A stretch of DNA of 63,387 nt, filler included, from Octopus bimaculoides (taxonomy: Eukaryota): assembly GCF_001194135.2 (NCBI RefSeq). It is 6 parts of 6 records of this genome, joined end to end, with 100 filler letters (N's around TTAATTAATTAA, not from the genome) between each part and the next. Parts side by side here need not be neighbours in the genome. Positions count along the whole stretch, not along the records: positions 1 to 29,471 come from NC_068983.1; positions 29,572 to 37,145 come from NC_068994.1; positions 37,246 to 45,772 come from NC_068985.1; 3 more parts are not named here. The stretch is one strand, 5' to 3'. Under the pieces are notes generated by a model. That model saw nothing but the letters and a program-made list of their open reading frames with translations. It was not told where the DNA came from and made no database searches. Both the position numbers and the translations under genes were made by a program. Each line of letters starts with the position of its first letter. Within the stretch, counting starts at the first letter, position 1. Of the stretch, positions 26,114-40,265 are shown one piece after another.

Positions 26114-28939
26114 GCCCAGAAGAATTTTCTTGAAATATATTCCGTTTCGTAATGAGATGTTCCTTACTAAATGTATTTTTGAAAGGTTAAGTAAAGAATT
26201 AGTATAAAACTAACTTTGTATTTCTCTGAAAATAGAACGACATGTTTCTGACATTTTCTTATTGTCAAATAAAAGAGAGAAAACATTCGGATCTAGTTAA
26301 TATATTTCGTCATAATTATTCGAATATTTAATTGCTTACTTTAACAGTTTATCATTATGTTGATAGTTAAAACATGTTTTTAAAACTAACGATTAAAATT
26401 AAGTATAACCTTGCCATGAACCGAAGAATTTCGCGTTGTGCTGTGGTTGTACTCAGTCTAAATGTAAATGCCTTTAGTTGCTTATATCATATTTCTGCCT
26501 ACAATGTTCATACTAAGCATTTTTATCAGGTTTATCAGTAATATATTAAGAACTAGCGCAATATTTCATAGTCACTGTACTTCAAAGGAGATAGAAAAGC
26601 CAGGTAATCAGTTACTTTGATTAAACTTTATTGAATAAGCGAACAGTCGATTATATAAGCCTTTAAAATGCTGAAATCTACGCTTTACCATTGCTATCAG
26701 AAGGGTTACATGGGAACGTAGTCCTATGTACTTGTTCCTAATTGGTATTTTCATATCAAATTCTTCATGAAACATATAGAACTGGAAAAGAAAACCTTTC
26801 CAACGATCCAAAATTTGTATCGGAATCAGATAAATGAACGATGTCTTTAAAACTTTATATAAAAATAGGTTTTAATGTCATCACGTCACGTAACTGATAC
26901 ACACTAATTCTGATAGAATTAAAGAGTAGTTTTGCCAAGATATATCAACATGTAATTAGAGACAATAAATGCAGTGCTAAAGCCAAACGTGAAACATTGA
27001 ATCTTATTTATGTTAGCTTCTCTTTACATGACATCCAAAATCTACGAAAAACATCTCAAAATATCTAAATGAATATAAACTATGAAAACAAATATGCCAG
27101 AACAAGTTGATAAAAAGTGTATTGAGAAAAAGTAAACGTTTCACATAAATCTGTGATGTTATGCGGAACCTTAAAAGAAAAATTAAATTATTCTGCTTTC
27201 ACCTGAAGTTTTGTCGGTTTCACGCATCATAGAGACACACCCACATCGACACACCTAGGAATGTTTCTCTTGCTTTGTCCTAATTAAATTCTTTGAGAAG
27301 CAGTAAATGTGTATATGTTTCAATTTAATCCTTTCATGTGTACGCTCATTACAGCAATCTGAACGTCAAGGAGATCGTTACATTTTTAATGGCACACTCA
27401 TTAAAAATATGCAACTGTATTTGCTTAAGATCTGCCATACCTCTCTACCTATTTCTATCTTTGCTCACTGTCTTTTATTATAATGTGTAAGCATTTTATC
27501 TGCGCATGTGCAAGATTTTTCGATTCGACTGTACTTTTGAGAAAGAAATCGAAAAGCAGTGCATGTTTTATAAAAAAAATGTAAACCATACCTACACATG
27601 CACGTACACGTACACACTCACGCACACACATACACACACATATATATTTGCCTGGAAGTCCAAGGACATATATATAAATATATATACGTGTGTGTGTATG
27701 CGTGTGTGTGGGGGACGTGTATGTGTGCGTTTGTGAATGTGAGTATATGAGTATGTGCTTGTGTGTAATATGCGTACACATTTCTGGAGAACCCTAAAAC
27801 TTTAAAACGCAAAACGAAATAAATTAGTAGTAGAACAAAAGCAAATCATGCCTTACTATTTTACAAAATATCTTTCATCTAGATTCATTTGACTTGTCTA
27901 AAATAGTTTATTGGATGCATATTGGTTATATTTAACCGAAAAATAGCATCCACCCGAGCGTTGCATATGTTATTATCGACTCAATACTTCGCTTCCTGTT
28001 CTTCTACCTTTTGGCCAGAATACCATCAGTCTATTGTTTTTCGAGACATATCGATCGTTCCTACATTTAGAAACTTCTGCATTGAAACGAAACGGGGAAT
28101 AGATGGAGGTGGAGGAGCTATAGTAATACAAAGAAAAAAAAAATGAAAGATGAAAGTCAAAATGAACTTTTTGCTCTGACAATCAACTTAATAGAAACTG
28201 ATCATACTGCATATTTGTTTGTTTTAATTAACGATGAAACCAAGTAATCGTGCTATTCAAATTTTGAAAATTTATTCTGCTTTTTAATACTTTTCACGAT
28301 TCTTCTAATACTTTGTATGATTTTTTCATAATATGTATGATTTTTCTACTTTCTATGATTTTTTTCAAAGGCATGAATTCGTTCTGAATTGGTCCTATTG
28401 TTACCGTTCTGTTAAATAGGTAACTGATTTTATGACATGATGTTTAAGATTTATTTGTATTTTCGTAGTGTACTTTAGATGTAAGAATGTTACGGTTATT
28501 CTTTTGATAAATTAGATGGTGTTTTAGAACATTTAAATGATTTATATATACGTAAATAATGTACTGGAATATACTCCATATTGCTTTTTAAAAAATGTAT
28601 CACACAATTTTCATTCATATTTCCAGAACTTTATATTTAGAAATTTGGAATTAATTCACGCATTTAATATTTATAACAACTTGTATTAGTTTACTTGAAT
28701 TGATTTTAGACATGTTTTTCATTAGTGGTAAATAGCCACTCATTTATAGAAATTTTTCTTTCGTTTTCAAAAATGAAATGTTAGGTACAAATAATTAGTT
28801 TAGAAAAGAGAATCATATTGCATGCAAAAAACTCAGCTTGTCATATTTTCTTTGATATTCACATCCCTTCTTTTTATGAGCACAATTTATACATACATAC
28901 ATACATGCATGCATACATACATGCATGCATACATACATG

Positions 28940-29285
28940 CGTACATGTTGTTTTTGTTTGTTGGCATCGCTTTGACTCGGGAGACAATGGAGTTGCGCAT
29001 GAAGTAATCCAGTCTGGTTTTTACGTTTCATGTCATCTCCAGTTTTGCGCAGGCCTGGGCTATATGTAAAAAAATCCTGGGTAGCCCAATCGTCAGGATT
29101 CCCCTCATGACTTTGCCGACGTAGTCCAAAGGAGTGCAGAGCATTACGTTTGGCACCAGCTTGGTTGCAGGAGCTGCCGGAAGAGTGTCGAGTTGAACAC
29201 TAAACCGCCTACAGGGCTCTACTCCAGATTTCTTTGGAGGCTGTCTACTTTCCGTAACCCTGGATAGGGGCCCATACCGGGTACT
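28940..29285 (-). mobile_element. Probable 5' UTR and ORF start of an RTE-clade LINE
   Basis: ccggcagctcctgcaaccaagctggtgccaaacgtaatgctc...ctttggactac resembles RTE 5' UTRs as recalled (unverified). It is followed by MKRKNQ...QHVR, which resembles the APE N-terminal WNVR. Confidence 0.45.
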
Positions 29286-29571
29286 GTTATACGTACAAAT
29301 ATACATATAAGGTATTAGAAGGCAACAGCAGCATTGACAGGAAGAGTAACCGCTTTTAGATCTGCGATAGTTAGTTACATTACATCCCATCTAGAAGGAT
29401 GTACTTTCGTTATTCAGGAACAGTAGATAGCCACTAAATACCTGATAAACAAGAAGGACAATGATACCAGCNNNNNNNNNNNNNNNNNNNNNNNNNNNNN
29501 NNNNNNNNNNNNNNNTTAATTAATTAANNNNNNNNNNNNNNNNNNNNNNNNNNNNNNNNNNNNNNNNNNNN

Positions 29572-29643
<72 letters not shown>

Positions 29644-29644
29644 T

Positions 29645-31457
29645 TATGTTTGAATTTTCCTTTGCATTTGTACAAGTTGGCTCCAAGTCTCACCCAGAGA
29701 CCTCAAGAGACAACAACTTAGAAGTCCATCTTGGTGTTATGCCTAGGGTGCCATATATTTGGTTTTGTACATAGTATTGTTCAAGAGAATGTTTAAGAAA
29801 CCATAAGAAAATTACGAGTTTGTTTTAAAATTTCAAATTACATAGTCAGTATTTTACAGTGATATGGGCAGTTCCCAAGAGTACTAACTTTTGAATTTCT
29901 GCCATTTTGCGGTTTCCTTGTATCTGAGCTAGGTAGCAATCAGCCCCTGTTGCTATCATTCTCAGGGCACCTATGACAACAGGTATTGTTTTAGTCTTGA
30001 GGTTCCACATTTTGCTAATTTCTATTTCAAGATCTTTAGACCTGCTCAGTTTTTGGTTGGTCTTGACAGATACGTATATAATCGCTAGTAACCCTTGAGT
30101 TATTGGTCATTTTTTTGCAAAGAGCTTTAAATCATGCATATAAATGAGATGATTTATATTTTTATCAAACATTTTATAACCGTACTGTACACCATTGAGC
30201 AATTTCGAGAGATGTATTAAGGCTAGACAAAAGAGTAGTGATAGTGGGTCACACTGGAAAATGCCACATGAAATTCTTACATTTCCAGCATTAAGAGATT
30301 CATTGTCCCTGTCCAAAGTCAGTGTGGTTCTCCATGATCTCATACGTACAGACAAAAGGTTTGGCAGAGTAGAAGCTATTTTATTTCCAGACATCCAGTT
30401 ATGTGGTAGGCTATCAAAAGCTTTTTTTATAGTATATCCAGGCTATTGATAAGTTCTTGTGTCGTTTGTGACAATCTTCCAAGATCATCTTATTGATGAG
30501 TAGCTGATCTTTATAACCATAGGATCCGCGTTTACATCCTTTTTGCTCATTACGGAATATGCCACTTTCTATTAAAAAACTATAGGTATATTCATTCAGG
30601 ACAGATGTTAGCGTTTTATACATAATTGTTAAGCAGGTTAAGAGTCGATAATTTTTTGGTTCATTTGTTTCTTCATTTTTTGGAAGTAGGAGTGTTAAAC
30701 CATTAACTAGCCAAGAGGAATCATACTAGGATGTTGTAAATAAAGTTTTGTTAGCAGTTCATGGCTCTCTGGGAAGGCATTCAACCAAAAGTTAGGAATT
30801 TTATCCTTTCCTGGAGACTTCCATTTGCTTGACCTCCTGGGAGCAGATCTTACATCTTCTACCTTGACAACCTCCCACTTTTGCTCTTTTAAGGAGTCTA
30901 AGTCTGTAGATATTCTATCAATCCAAGGGGTCTTTTCATCGTGTATTTTTTCTTCTTCTTTTGATTGGACAGACTTTACTGTAACTGGTATTTCCCCATC
31001 TTCCTGTAAAAATGTTTGGGATTATTTTTGAACGTTGTTGTCCTTGAAGAATATAACACGTTTTTCATACCGTGCTATGCGGGAAGTTTTAGCACATACC
31101 TTTTGCTTGATGGTTTCTATGGTGGTATCGATGTCAAATATGGTTTCATTTATTTTTTCTTTAATTGTCGGGTTTTTGTATGTTTGATAGTCTTGTCAAA
31201 CTTAAGGTGTTTTAAACATTCTATGTCAGACTTAAGTAGCTTTATTTGGCGTTGAATTCTCTCTTGCCAAGAAGGCTTTTTGTGAGAATGTTGTCGTTTT
31301 CTAATCTTTTCACAGCATAGAATCATTGAGATTTTCGCGGATGCATAGTACAGGTGGTTGAGATCTGTAATATTAACATCATTAACTGAAATTATATCCT
31401 TAAGTGCGGATTTTACCAATTATTTTCAGGTTTTGGTTAGAATTGCGAATTTTGGGG
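29645..31457 (-). mobile_element. RLE (R4/Dong-type) non-LTR retrotransposon, family A, 5'-truncated, with a deletion between RT and RLE
   Basis: RT motifs EQKGCKRGSYGYKDQLLINK, GIFQCDPLSLLFCLAL and HLIYMHDLKLFAK, then KLSRSKDLEIEISKMWNLKTKTIPVVIGAL...QKLVLLGTAHI. (TAA)n on both flanks. Confidence 0.9.
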
Positions 31458-31517
<60 letters not shown>

Positions 31518-31518
31518 G

Positions 31519-31960
31519 AGTGAGAGAGCAGTGCATGTCATCAAAGTAACACTGGGGTAAAANNNNNNNNNNTATTATTATTATTATTATTGAGTGAGAG
31601 AGCAGTGCATGTCATCAAAGTAACACTGGGGTAAAATATAAGAAGCCCAGCATACCCATCATGACTACCCGTCTGATAAGGGTACACCAGGCACATGCAT
31701 CACAACTATATGTGCGCAACATGGTGATCGCATATCAAGATAAACCGCGCATGAATTTGCAGGTGGGACCCAGTTACAATTTTCTTCAAGTCGAGTAGCC
31801 CATCCTACTCAAAAAGTCGCTGCATAAGGGTTGTTTAAGGATGTTGAAGGAAACACCCATGTCTCCAGAGGTGAATTATCCAAAGCCCAAAGAATTCCTC
31901 TCAACACATGTCTATGATGCTCCGCCACTATTGCTCGTGATCAGAGATGCACATATCAGA
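31519..31960 (-). repeat. Probable interspersed SINE-like repeat attached to (AAT)n
   Basis: GC-richer non-coding block directly joined to a trinucleotide tract. Its first 44 bp are duplicated across the 10-N gap. Confidence 0.4.
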
Positions 31961-32214
31961 GATGCCAACAACAATGAACTCATGTACAAACTACAGAAAA
32001 TTCCCACAGCGGAATCATACAAAAATATTTACAAAACCCAGAAAATGTGAATATTCCATATAGAAAGTTACAGAATTCTTAAAAGTGAATTCCGCAAAGA
32101 CATAGGCCCTCTGAGGAAAGATTTTTCTCCTCAAATTTTGAGGGTCTTATTAAGGAGAACTCACAAGCCCCGGAATGAAGGATGAGATGGGAAACAAGCT
32201 AAGTTTCTTCCATG

Positions 32215-34610
32215 TCTACATTCCACGTAGGTTCTATAAATGAATGTGGAGTGGGGGGAAGATTGAAACAAGGACGCCTCCTTAATGACCTCAGGTCGGT
32301 TAGCTTGGGTATGATAGTTACCACAGAAACCAGACTGAGTGGACTGCGGGGCTTTTCCCACTCCTAAATGTTTACGAATCTTTGTCGACCCGGAGGACAG
32401 GCTGGTCGTCGTTCAGGTTGATGGCTGTTTATGCTCCTTGTATAACTAGACAGTCAGACTTCTTCGAATCCTAGAGAATTTTCGAGGAACGTCACACACT
32501 TTAAAATTGTTAGGAGACTTTAAACAATTTGAGATGCAGGCATAGATTGTATTGGCACGAATCCAGATGGGAGGAGTAACTTATGCCTCATGGATCTGCT
32601 CAGCCGTTTGAGCTGGCAGATCGGTATAGACTAAAATTCTCAGATGCTCCGTCGTGGACATGGTCTAAGAACGATGGGTCTTCGAAGTCTTACTTAGATA
32701 GGATTATTGTTTGGCGCAAAGATAAAAATTTAGCTAGGTGTCCAAAATTTCACTACGTCAGCTATAGTGATCACAAATTTGTGACCTGTAGGCTAGAACT
32801 AGATAGAGTTTGTCGACAGGGGACCGGCTACTGGAGACTCATCAAGTTACTTTTGGACTGTGAGGAGTACAGGAGCTGGATTAGGCAATTAGTAATGAGG
32901 GCACTGACTGGATCCATTATTAATAACAAATGGTGGCATTGAGGACTGGCAATGCGACTCAAGTGGTATCGGTGATATTGACACTCATCCAACACCTCGA
33001 GGCTAGACACAAAGGATGCATTGTCAGAGCTAAGATCCGTGCAATGGGACGAGAGGGAATCAACACTGTCGGATGGGTCCGTGTAGTAGAGACCCAGCTT
33101 GGCAATGATGTCACAACAATGTCTTTGACGGATCAACATGAACGTGCGGTAAAGGGACCCGAGGAGATGTGCAAGGTTTTTCACGAGCATTTCGCCCAGC
33201 TGTTCGGGAGGGGCGGTGGACCGTAGGGAAGACATCACAAACTTCCTCACCGGTTTGCCGCGGGCCTCGGGGCGGGAGGCGGAGTGCTGTGAAGGACCGT
33301 TCACATCTGCAAAGGTGGAGGAGGCATTATCAGACTGCAGCGGTGAGAAGACGCCGGGACTGGATGGACTTCCCTACCATCTATATGTCAGTATGCCAAA
33401 CTTGTTTGGGCACCTAGTAGCATGCGTGTACACCAACTGACAGCAGAACGGGTTTATATCAAGATCTGTGAGCCGGGTGTTTTGGTACTGCTTAGAAAAG
33501 ACCCAAACAAGGGGGATATAGTAGATAACCTTCGGCCCATCACTTTGCCTAATGCAGAGTTGAAGAATTTGGCCAGGCCGAATGTCGGCAGGGACACGCG
33601 CTTCTCAGCCGGAAGGCGCTTCACTGCCGGTGGTGTGGTTTCCACTTCATCATTCCACAGACGCCTGGTAGATGCAAAGTGTGACGATGCTCTGGGGAAA
33701 CCCTGTGCTTCGACGTATGTTAGGAGTACAAGAGCCGGATTAGGCAATTAGTAATGAGGGCACTGACCGGATCCATTATTAATAACAAATGGTGGCATGC
33801 CCTCAAAAGAACCATCATGTTTGAGTGTTAGGTTTAGTAAACAGCTAGCAAATAAGAAGGCTAGAATAGAAAAGGACATAGTTAAGTCTCATTGGGGACT
33901 GGCAATGCGACTCAAGTGGTATCGGTGATATTGGCACTCAATCAACACCTCGAGTCTAGACACAAAGGATACATTGTCACAGCTAAAGGTCCGTACAGTG
34001 GGATGAGAGGGAATCAACGCTGTCGGATGGGCTCGTGTGGTAGAGACCCAGCGTGGCAATGATGTTACAATAATGTCTTTGACAGATCAACATGAACGTG
34101 CGGTAAAGGGACCCGAGGAGATGTGTACGATTTTTCACGAGCATTTCGCTCAGCTGTTCGGGATGGGCGTGGACCGTAGAGAGGATATCACGGACTTCCT
34201 CACCGGCACGAATGAGGGGAATGGCAACGGGTGCTTTCGTCCCTGATCCTGGTTTGCTCAACCTGTTTGTTTCCATCTCAAAAGGAAACTAAGGTTGTAG
34301 AGGAGACGCTTGTCACCCGTTATATATGGCAAAAGATGGAAGGAGGTGACGCTAATGTTGTGAGTGAATGAAGCCGCGTGAGTGTAAAATGTAAAGGAAA
34401 CTAAAAAGTTCAGTGGTGGATTACGGCTAGTGGGGTGGAACCCGTCCCCCACTCCATTGTGTTGTTTTTTTGTGTTGTTTGTTCATTCTTTTATATTATT
34501 CGTGAATTTTCAACTGATCGTTTTTAATGTTTTATCATCAGATCCCGACCCTTCTCATTTTGTATCGTCCTCTGTTTATTTAGCCTTCATGGCGGAGATA
34601 AAATCAATTC
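32215..34610 (+). mobile_element. Tx1/L1-like LINE ORF2 relic (APE, start of RT, C-terminus, 3' UTR), rearranged
   Basis: FHVGSINE..., ETRL, WTWSKNDGSSKSYLDRI, SDH, GTGYWRL, KTPGLDGLP, LLRKDPNKGD..LRPITLPNAELK, C-terminal FHLKRK. Segment 32865-33260 recurs at 33720-34205. Confidence 0.9.
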
Positions 34611-34789
34611 GTAATTTGAACATTCGCCTCCCCCACAGTTTGGTATTATTAATAAGGTTCATTGCGCTTGTTGTTGAATTCAGGTCATCTATGGCATTGG
34701 CTATGTATTACGTATGTATGTGTGTATGTATGTATGTATGTATGTATGTATGTGTGCGTGTATGCATGTATGTATGTATGTATCCGTGC

Positions 34790-35278
34790 ATTTTTGTATG
34801 TAATATTTTATGTATGTCTTCCCAAGCATATACTTGCATATCTAGACATACTCGTATATACTTAAATGATAAATGTTTTACAATACCAGTAATAGCTTGG
34901 ATTTGTAGTCTTCGAATCAGCTTTCTCCTTTCTGGTTTTGAGAAGCCTAATTTCTCAAGATTGGAATTTAGGCAGTGTGTTAGATATCCCAGCTCCCCAT
35001 TAATTACAGGTATAAACCTGAGCTTGCAATCTGGATAGAATAACTTCAGACAATTCAACAGTTCAGTGTAGGTATTCTCTTTTTCGATTATCTTCAGCTC
35101 TATGTTAACGTTCGCTGGGCAGCTGATTTCCACAAGTGTACACAATTTGTCTTCTCTGTCGCAAATCATTATATCAGGTCTATTGTGCGTACATTTTCAC
35201 TGGGACATTGCACCAGTACTCATTTTTATTATAAGTAGCTCTGGCTTCAACCATACAGTGAGCTCTCTTTTCTTTGTC
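34790..35278 (-). mobile_element. RLE non-LTR element family B, 5'-truncated, in (ACAT)n
   Basis: HNRPDIMICDREDKLCTLVEISCPANVNI..K (PD-(D/E)xK-like)...FIPVINGELGY...LGFSKPERRKLIRRLQIQ. (ACAT)n on both flanks in element orientation. Confidence 0.9.
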
Positions 35279-35967
35279 CTATGTATGTATGTATGTATGT
35301 ATGTATGTATGTATGTATGTATGTATGTATGTATGTATGAATGAATGTTTATGCATACGTAGTAATGATTAAGAATGTGAGCAATAAAAAAAGTATTGTG
35401 GATAAATAAATTATTTCACAATTGACTGCTGTTTGTAACGTACCAATAGTTTCATTTAAATAAATTATGAAATTATTCAAACGAAGTTTGAATAAAACTG
35501 GCTGTTTAGCTGATTTTATTATGCGGAATGAAAACGCGATGTCAAAGGAGATTTCGTCAAACAATGCCTGGCACAAAAGAAAGAAAAAGGATTAATTAAG
35601 CGGAGCAATCATTCAGGGACTATAAAATGAGTTATTTCTCTTTTTTCTACATGTGATTATTGAATTTACGTACCTACTGTGTATTTGGTGTATTTTTCCA
35701 GGGTTCCTAATACTGGTTTCGACGTCTTGCATATGTCACATTGAGATGTCGCGCATTTCAAAAAGAAACTATACTGTATTTAACAAAAATCTTTCCGATT
35801 TTTTAATTCCTTTGCTTTAACAGAACGCTTCGCACAGTCGTCTCGCGATGTTTTCCTTCTATTATACCGATGTTATTGGATTAAGTTTGTTTTGTGGAGA
35901 GAGATTTTTAGTGTACGTCCGTGTTGTTATTTAGCCAGGAGCTTCTTCGTTATCATCATCATCATCA

Positions 35968-36025
<58 letters not shown>

Positions 36026-36028
<3 letters not shown>

Positions 36029-37054
36029 ACTGTTCAACATTTGGCAGATTGAGGTAAATTTCTACTGCGTCACCCGCCACACATCCGTATTGCTGGTGCG
36101 TGTGCAGCATTGAGTGTTTCTTTTTTCTACTGTTGGGAGCGTACTGTATTTTGTTAGTTTTTTTCTCTTGAGGTGTGGTGCAGTCTTTTGTTGTGTTACT
36201 GCTCGTATTGTGTGTTGAGTGTGTAATACATTGGTTAAACGGATTGCTGGTGGAAGTTTATTTCACTGGGTAATTGCTGTATAGAGTGTGTTTTGTATTT
36301 GTGGGTTGTTTTGTTTAGGTTGTATTATTGAATTGATAGTGTCTTGCGTAAGATGTGGACTGTTCCTAGTAAGGCTATTTTTTGGACAATAGTGTTGAGG
36401 ATCCAGGTATAACTTCTATGCTCATATGTCTTTTTATCATGCCCAATGCTCGGCATTGTTTTTACCTGCATGCCGAATATCTTGAATACTTCAATTCCGA
36501 GGTCTTTGTACTTTGACAATTTCTCCATTTCTTTTTTGACAATATTTTGATTAGAAGGGACTGCAATGTCTATCAGAAAGTATGTGTTTCCCCCTGCAAT
36601 CCTTGATTATTATTTAATGGAGATTAGCTTTTATTTCTTTGTCGTTTTGAAGCGGCATATCCCAGATGATTGTGGCCTGGTCGTTGTCTTGTACCTTGTT
36701 TGGCACATGCTTATACCACCTATTGTCAGTTTTAATGTTGTAATGTTGGCATATTGTGGAGTGGATATAACTGCTTACTTTGTCGTGTCTGTAGATATAT
36801 TTAGACTTGAAAAGGCCTGGGAAGTCCGAGATGATGTGGTCAAATGTCTCATCGTGCTGGTTGCACATTCTGAATTTGGTGTTGGGGTCTGTTTTCATAT
36901 TTTGTTGTTCATAATTGTTTGTAGTCAGGCATTGGTTTTGTGCAGCGGGAATCAATCATTCTGTTTCAGCTTTTAGTTCAGAGCTTTTGAGCCATTGTTG
37001 GCTTTTACTTAGGCTCACTTCCTCTCTGTCAAGCCTTGCAGAGTACTGGCCACT
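36026..37054 (-). mobile_element. RLE (R4/Dong-type) element family A, 3' portion
   Basis: QQWLKSSELKAETE, zinc-knuckle relic FRMCNQHDETFDHIISDFP...RHD, EKLSKYKDLGIE, QKIALLGTVHILRKTLSIQ*. (TAA)n at 3', (GAA)n at 5'. Confidence 0.9.
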
Positions 37055-37245
37055 CTTCTTCTTCTTCTTCTTCTTCTTCTTCTTCTTCTTCTTCTTCTTC
37101 TTCTTCTTCTTCTTCTTCTTCTTCTTCTTCTTCTTCTTCTTCTTCNNNNNNNNNNNNNNNNNNNNNNNNNNNNNNNNNNNNNNNNNNNNTTAATTAATTA
37201 ANNNNNNNNNNNNNNNNNNNNNNNNNNNNNNNNNNNNNNNNNNNN

Positions 37246-37289
<44 letters not shown>

Positions 37290-37880
37290 TTCATACTCTT
37301 TATAGACGTCCTCACATCCACACATATAACTAAATATCTTTATACTAACACAATATAGCTCTATGTATATATAAATAAATAAATATTTATATGCGAGTCT
37401 GTGTGTTTATAGTGATATGACCTCTTGAATGTGATTACGAGATGGGTATTGTATAGAGATCGTGCACACAACTCTATGTCTGTGTGCGTGTGTGTGCTTT
37501 CGTGTGTGTGTGTGTGCTTGTGTGTTTGGGTTTGTGCGTATGTGCATGTACGTCTGCGTGCGCATGTTTGGGCATGTTGAAGTTGTTTAGTTTGAACGAA
37601 TCTTTGTGTGATATTTAAGACTAAACTTAATGAAATCTTCCAAAAGCCAATACAATATAAATTGAAATATAGAAATGAAAACAAAAGCAACGGGGAGAGA
37701 AAAGCAGTTTACGCTTTACATTATAAATATTAAATATTTCAGGGTTAATAACCTATCGTCAGGAGAAAATGGACGATAATGTAGAGCTTGTATCTTTTCT
37801 GTTACAATAGAGCATTTGTTCAACACACAAGACACAGCATATATACACAAACATATATACACTGATAGTGTGGAATATCT

Positions 37881-38040
37881 AGGCGGTGAGCTGGCAGAAA
37901 CGTTAGCACACCAGGCGAAATGCTTAGCGGTGTTTCGTCTGTCTTTACGTTCTGAGTTCAAATTCCACCGAGATCAACTTTGCTTTTCATCCTTTCGGGA
38001 TCGATAAATTAAGTACCAGCTGCGTACTGGGGTCGATCTA
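37881..38040 (+). mobile_element. tRNA-derived SINE (family S1)
   Basis: ggcggtgagctggcagaaacgttagc...gagttcaaattcc (A/B boxes). Homologous to 9090-9311. Confidence 0.85.
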
Positions 38041-38449
38041 AGACCACAGTACCATGCTTTTAAACAGACATCTACACAGATGGTTATTGCAATTTAATGT
38101 TTCAATTGCGCTCACCGACCTTTTTTTACAGCTCGGCGTGCTTTCTGCAAAATCAGTGAATGTATTATTCCCTGTCTCCTAGATATCAAATCATGAATTA
38201 ACTCTAAGGAATTGACAAACAGATGCACGGTATTAACAAGCTCCAAAGCAGGGCAAAATAAGCCCACCGTGTCCACGAATCTCTATAGCGACGTTGTTCG
38301 TTCGCTTCACTCCAATGTACATGGCATTTTGATACATATCTATGAAGAGATTTTTCTCTCACAAAAACCACACCATCATAACTTTCAACCCAGTATATAT
38401 ATATTTAATGTGATACGTAGATGGCGATTTTGATTTAATGCTGTATTAA

Positions 38450-38900
38450 TTGAATTCACCGAGTTCTTCACTTCTTTTCTTCATATTATTTAACCTCTCA
38501 ACTTTCAATAATCACTTTTTCCTTTTATTTTCTCAATCTTCACTCATCACTCTATTTTTTTATCTCCGACCATTCTCGATTACTTTAAACTTCAACCTGA
38601 GTTTCTATCCCTTAAGCTTATTCCCTTTGCCTTTAATTATTCAATTACTTAATTACCCATAATTAACCAGAAACTGAAACCTCACATTTAACCTTGAACG
38701 TTCTTTATCATATTCAAAAAATTTAAAACCCAATTCCTTCCTTCTTCAGTTGTTTCAAAATTCTATTCCAGAAGCACAGCTCTTTCACTTCCTCATTCTT
38801 TAATGCTCTCCTTGAATTCTTCCCAACATATTCTTTTAGCTTCTTCCATTCCCATCTCTTTTTTGATTTTCCGTTTTGTTTCTCTCTTTTAATTTTAACT
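38450..38900 (-). mobile_element. Possible decayed LINE inter-domain fragment
   Basis: Purine-rich minus strand containing EEAKRICWEEFKESIK, which resembles the EAKRxxWEEF linker of APE-RT LINEs. Many stops. Confidence 0.25.
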
Positions 38901-38984
38901 TTTTATCTTCTAAACTTGAAAAACTGTTTTTTTTTCCTTAATTTTCTTTTTTTTTTTTTTTACAATTTTTTTTCCATGCTCCTG

Positions 38985-39883
38985 GCTGGGTTGTGTGGTT
39001 TAGTAATTTGCTTTGCAACCACATAATTCCAACAAGATTTCGAGTTCAAACCCATTGTGCAGGACCTTCAGTAACTGACTTTCATTACAGTCCTAGGCCA
39101 ACCAATACCTTGTGTCTACATTTGGTACACGGAAACTGTGAAAGCTTGTCGCATATATATATATGTGTATATATATANNNNNNNNNNNNNNNNNNNNNNN
39201 NNNNNNNNNNNNNNNNNNNNNNNNNNNNNNNNNNNNNNNNNNNNNNNNNNNNNNNNNNNNNNNNNNNNNNNNNNNNNNNNNNNNNNNNNNNNNNNNNNNN
39301 NNNNNNNNNNNNNNNNNNNNNNNNNNNNNNNNNNNNNNNNNNNNNNNNNNNNNNNNNNNNNNNNNNNNNNNNNNNNNNNNNNNNNNNNNNNNNNNNNNNN
39401 NNNNNNNNNNNNNNNNNNNNNNNNNNNNNNNNNNNNNNNNNNNNNNNNNNNNNNNNNNNNNNNNNNNNNNNNNNNNNNNNNNNNNNNNNNNNNNNNNNNN
39501 NNNNNNNNNNNNNNNNNNNNNNNNNNNNNNNNNNNNNNNNNNNNNNNNNNNNNNNNNNNNNNNNNNNNNNNNNNNNNNNNNNNNNNNNNNNNNNNNNNNN
39601 NNNNNNNNNNNNNNNNNNNNNNNNNNNNNNNNNNNNNNNNNNNNNNNNNNNNNNNNNNNNNNNNNNNNNNNNNNNNNNNNNNNNNNNNNNNNNNNNNNNN
39701 NNNNNNNNNNNNNNNNNNNNNNNNNNNNNNNNNNNNNNNNNNNNNNNNNNNNNNNNNNNNNNNNNNNNNNNNNNNNNNNNNNNNNNNNNNNNNNNNNNNN
39801 NNNNNNNNNNNNNNNNNNNNNNNNNNNNNNNNNNNNNNNNNNNNNNNNNNNNNNNNNNNNNNNNNNNNNNNNNNNNNNNNNNN

Positions 39884-39946
<63 letters not shown>

Positions 39947-40265
39947 GTGCTTATCCCGTCAACGCTTGACAACCGGTGTAGGTTTGTTAACGTCCTCGTA
40001 TTCATCGGTTCCACAAAGGACGATTATGAATAAATACAGAATTATATGTTTCAAGTTCAACAGGAAACGGTGTTTCCTAGGGCTAAATAACAGTAACATT
40101 CTTCCCTTTCATGGGAATGTCACATTAAGTAGACAACATACTACCAAATACAGAATTATATATTTTTAAAAAATGTAACTACCCTGGTCAATTCGTTCGC
40201 TTAACCCATTCGAGGCAGTGCCCCAACATGGCCGCAGCAAAACGACCGAGCCTTGTAAAAGCTAA
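38985..40265 (+). mobile_element. SINE family S2 spanning an N-gap: head, (TA), gap, (GT)n, tail
   Basis: Head at 38985-39150, (GT)n at 39884-39940, tail gcttgacaaccgg...catggccgcagc. Confidence 0.7.
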
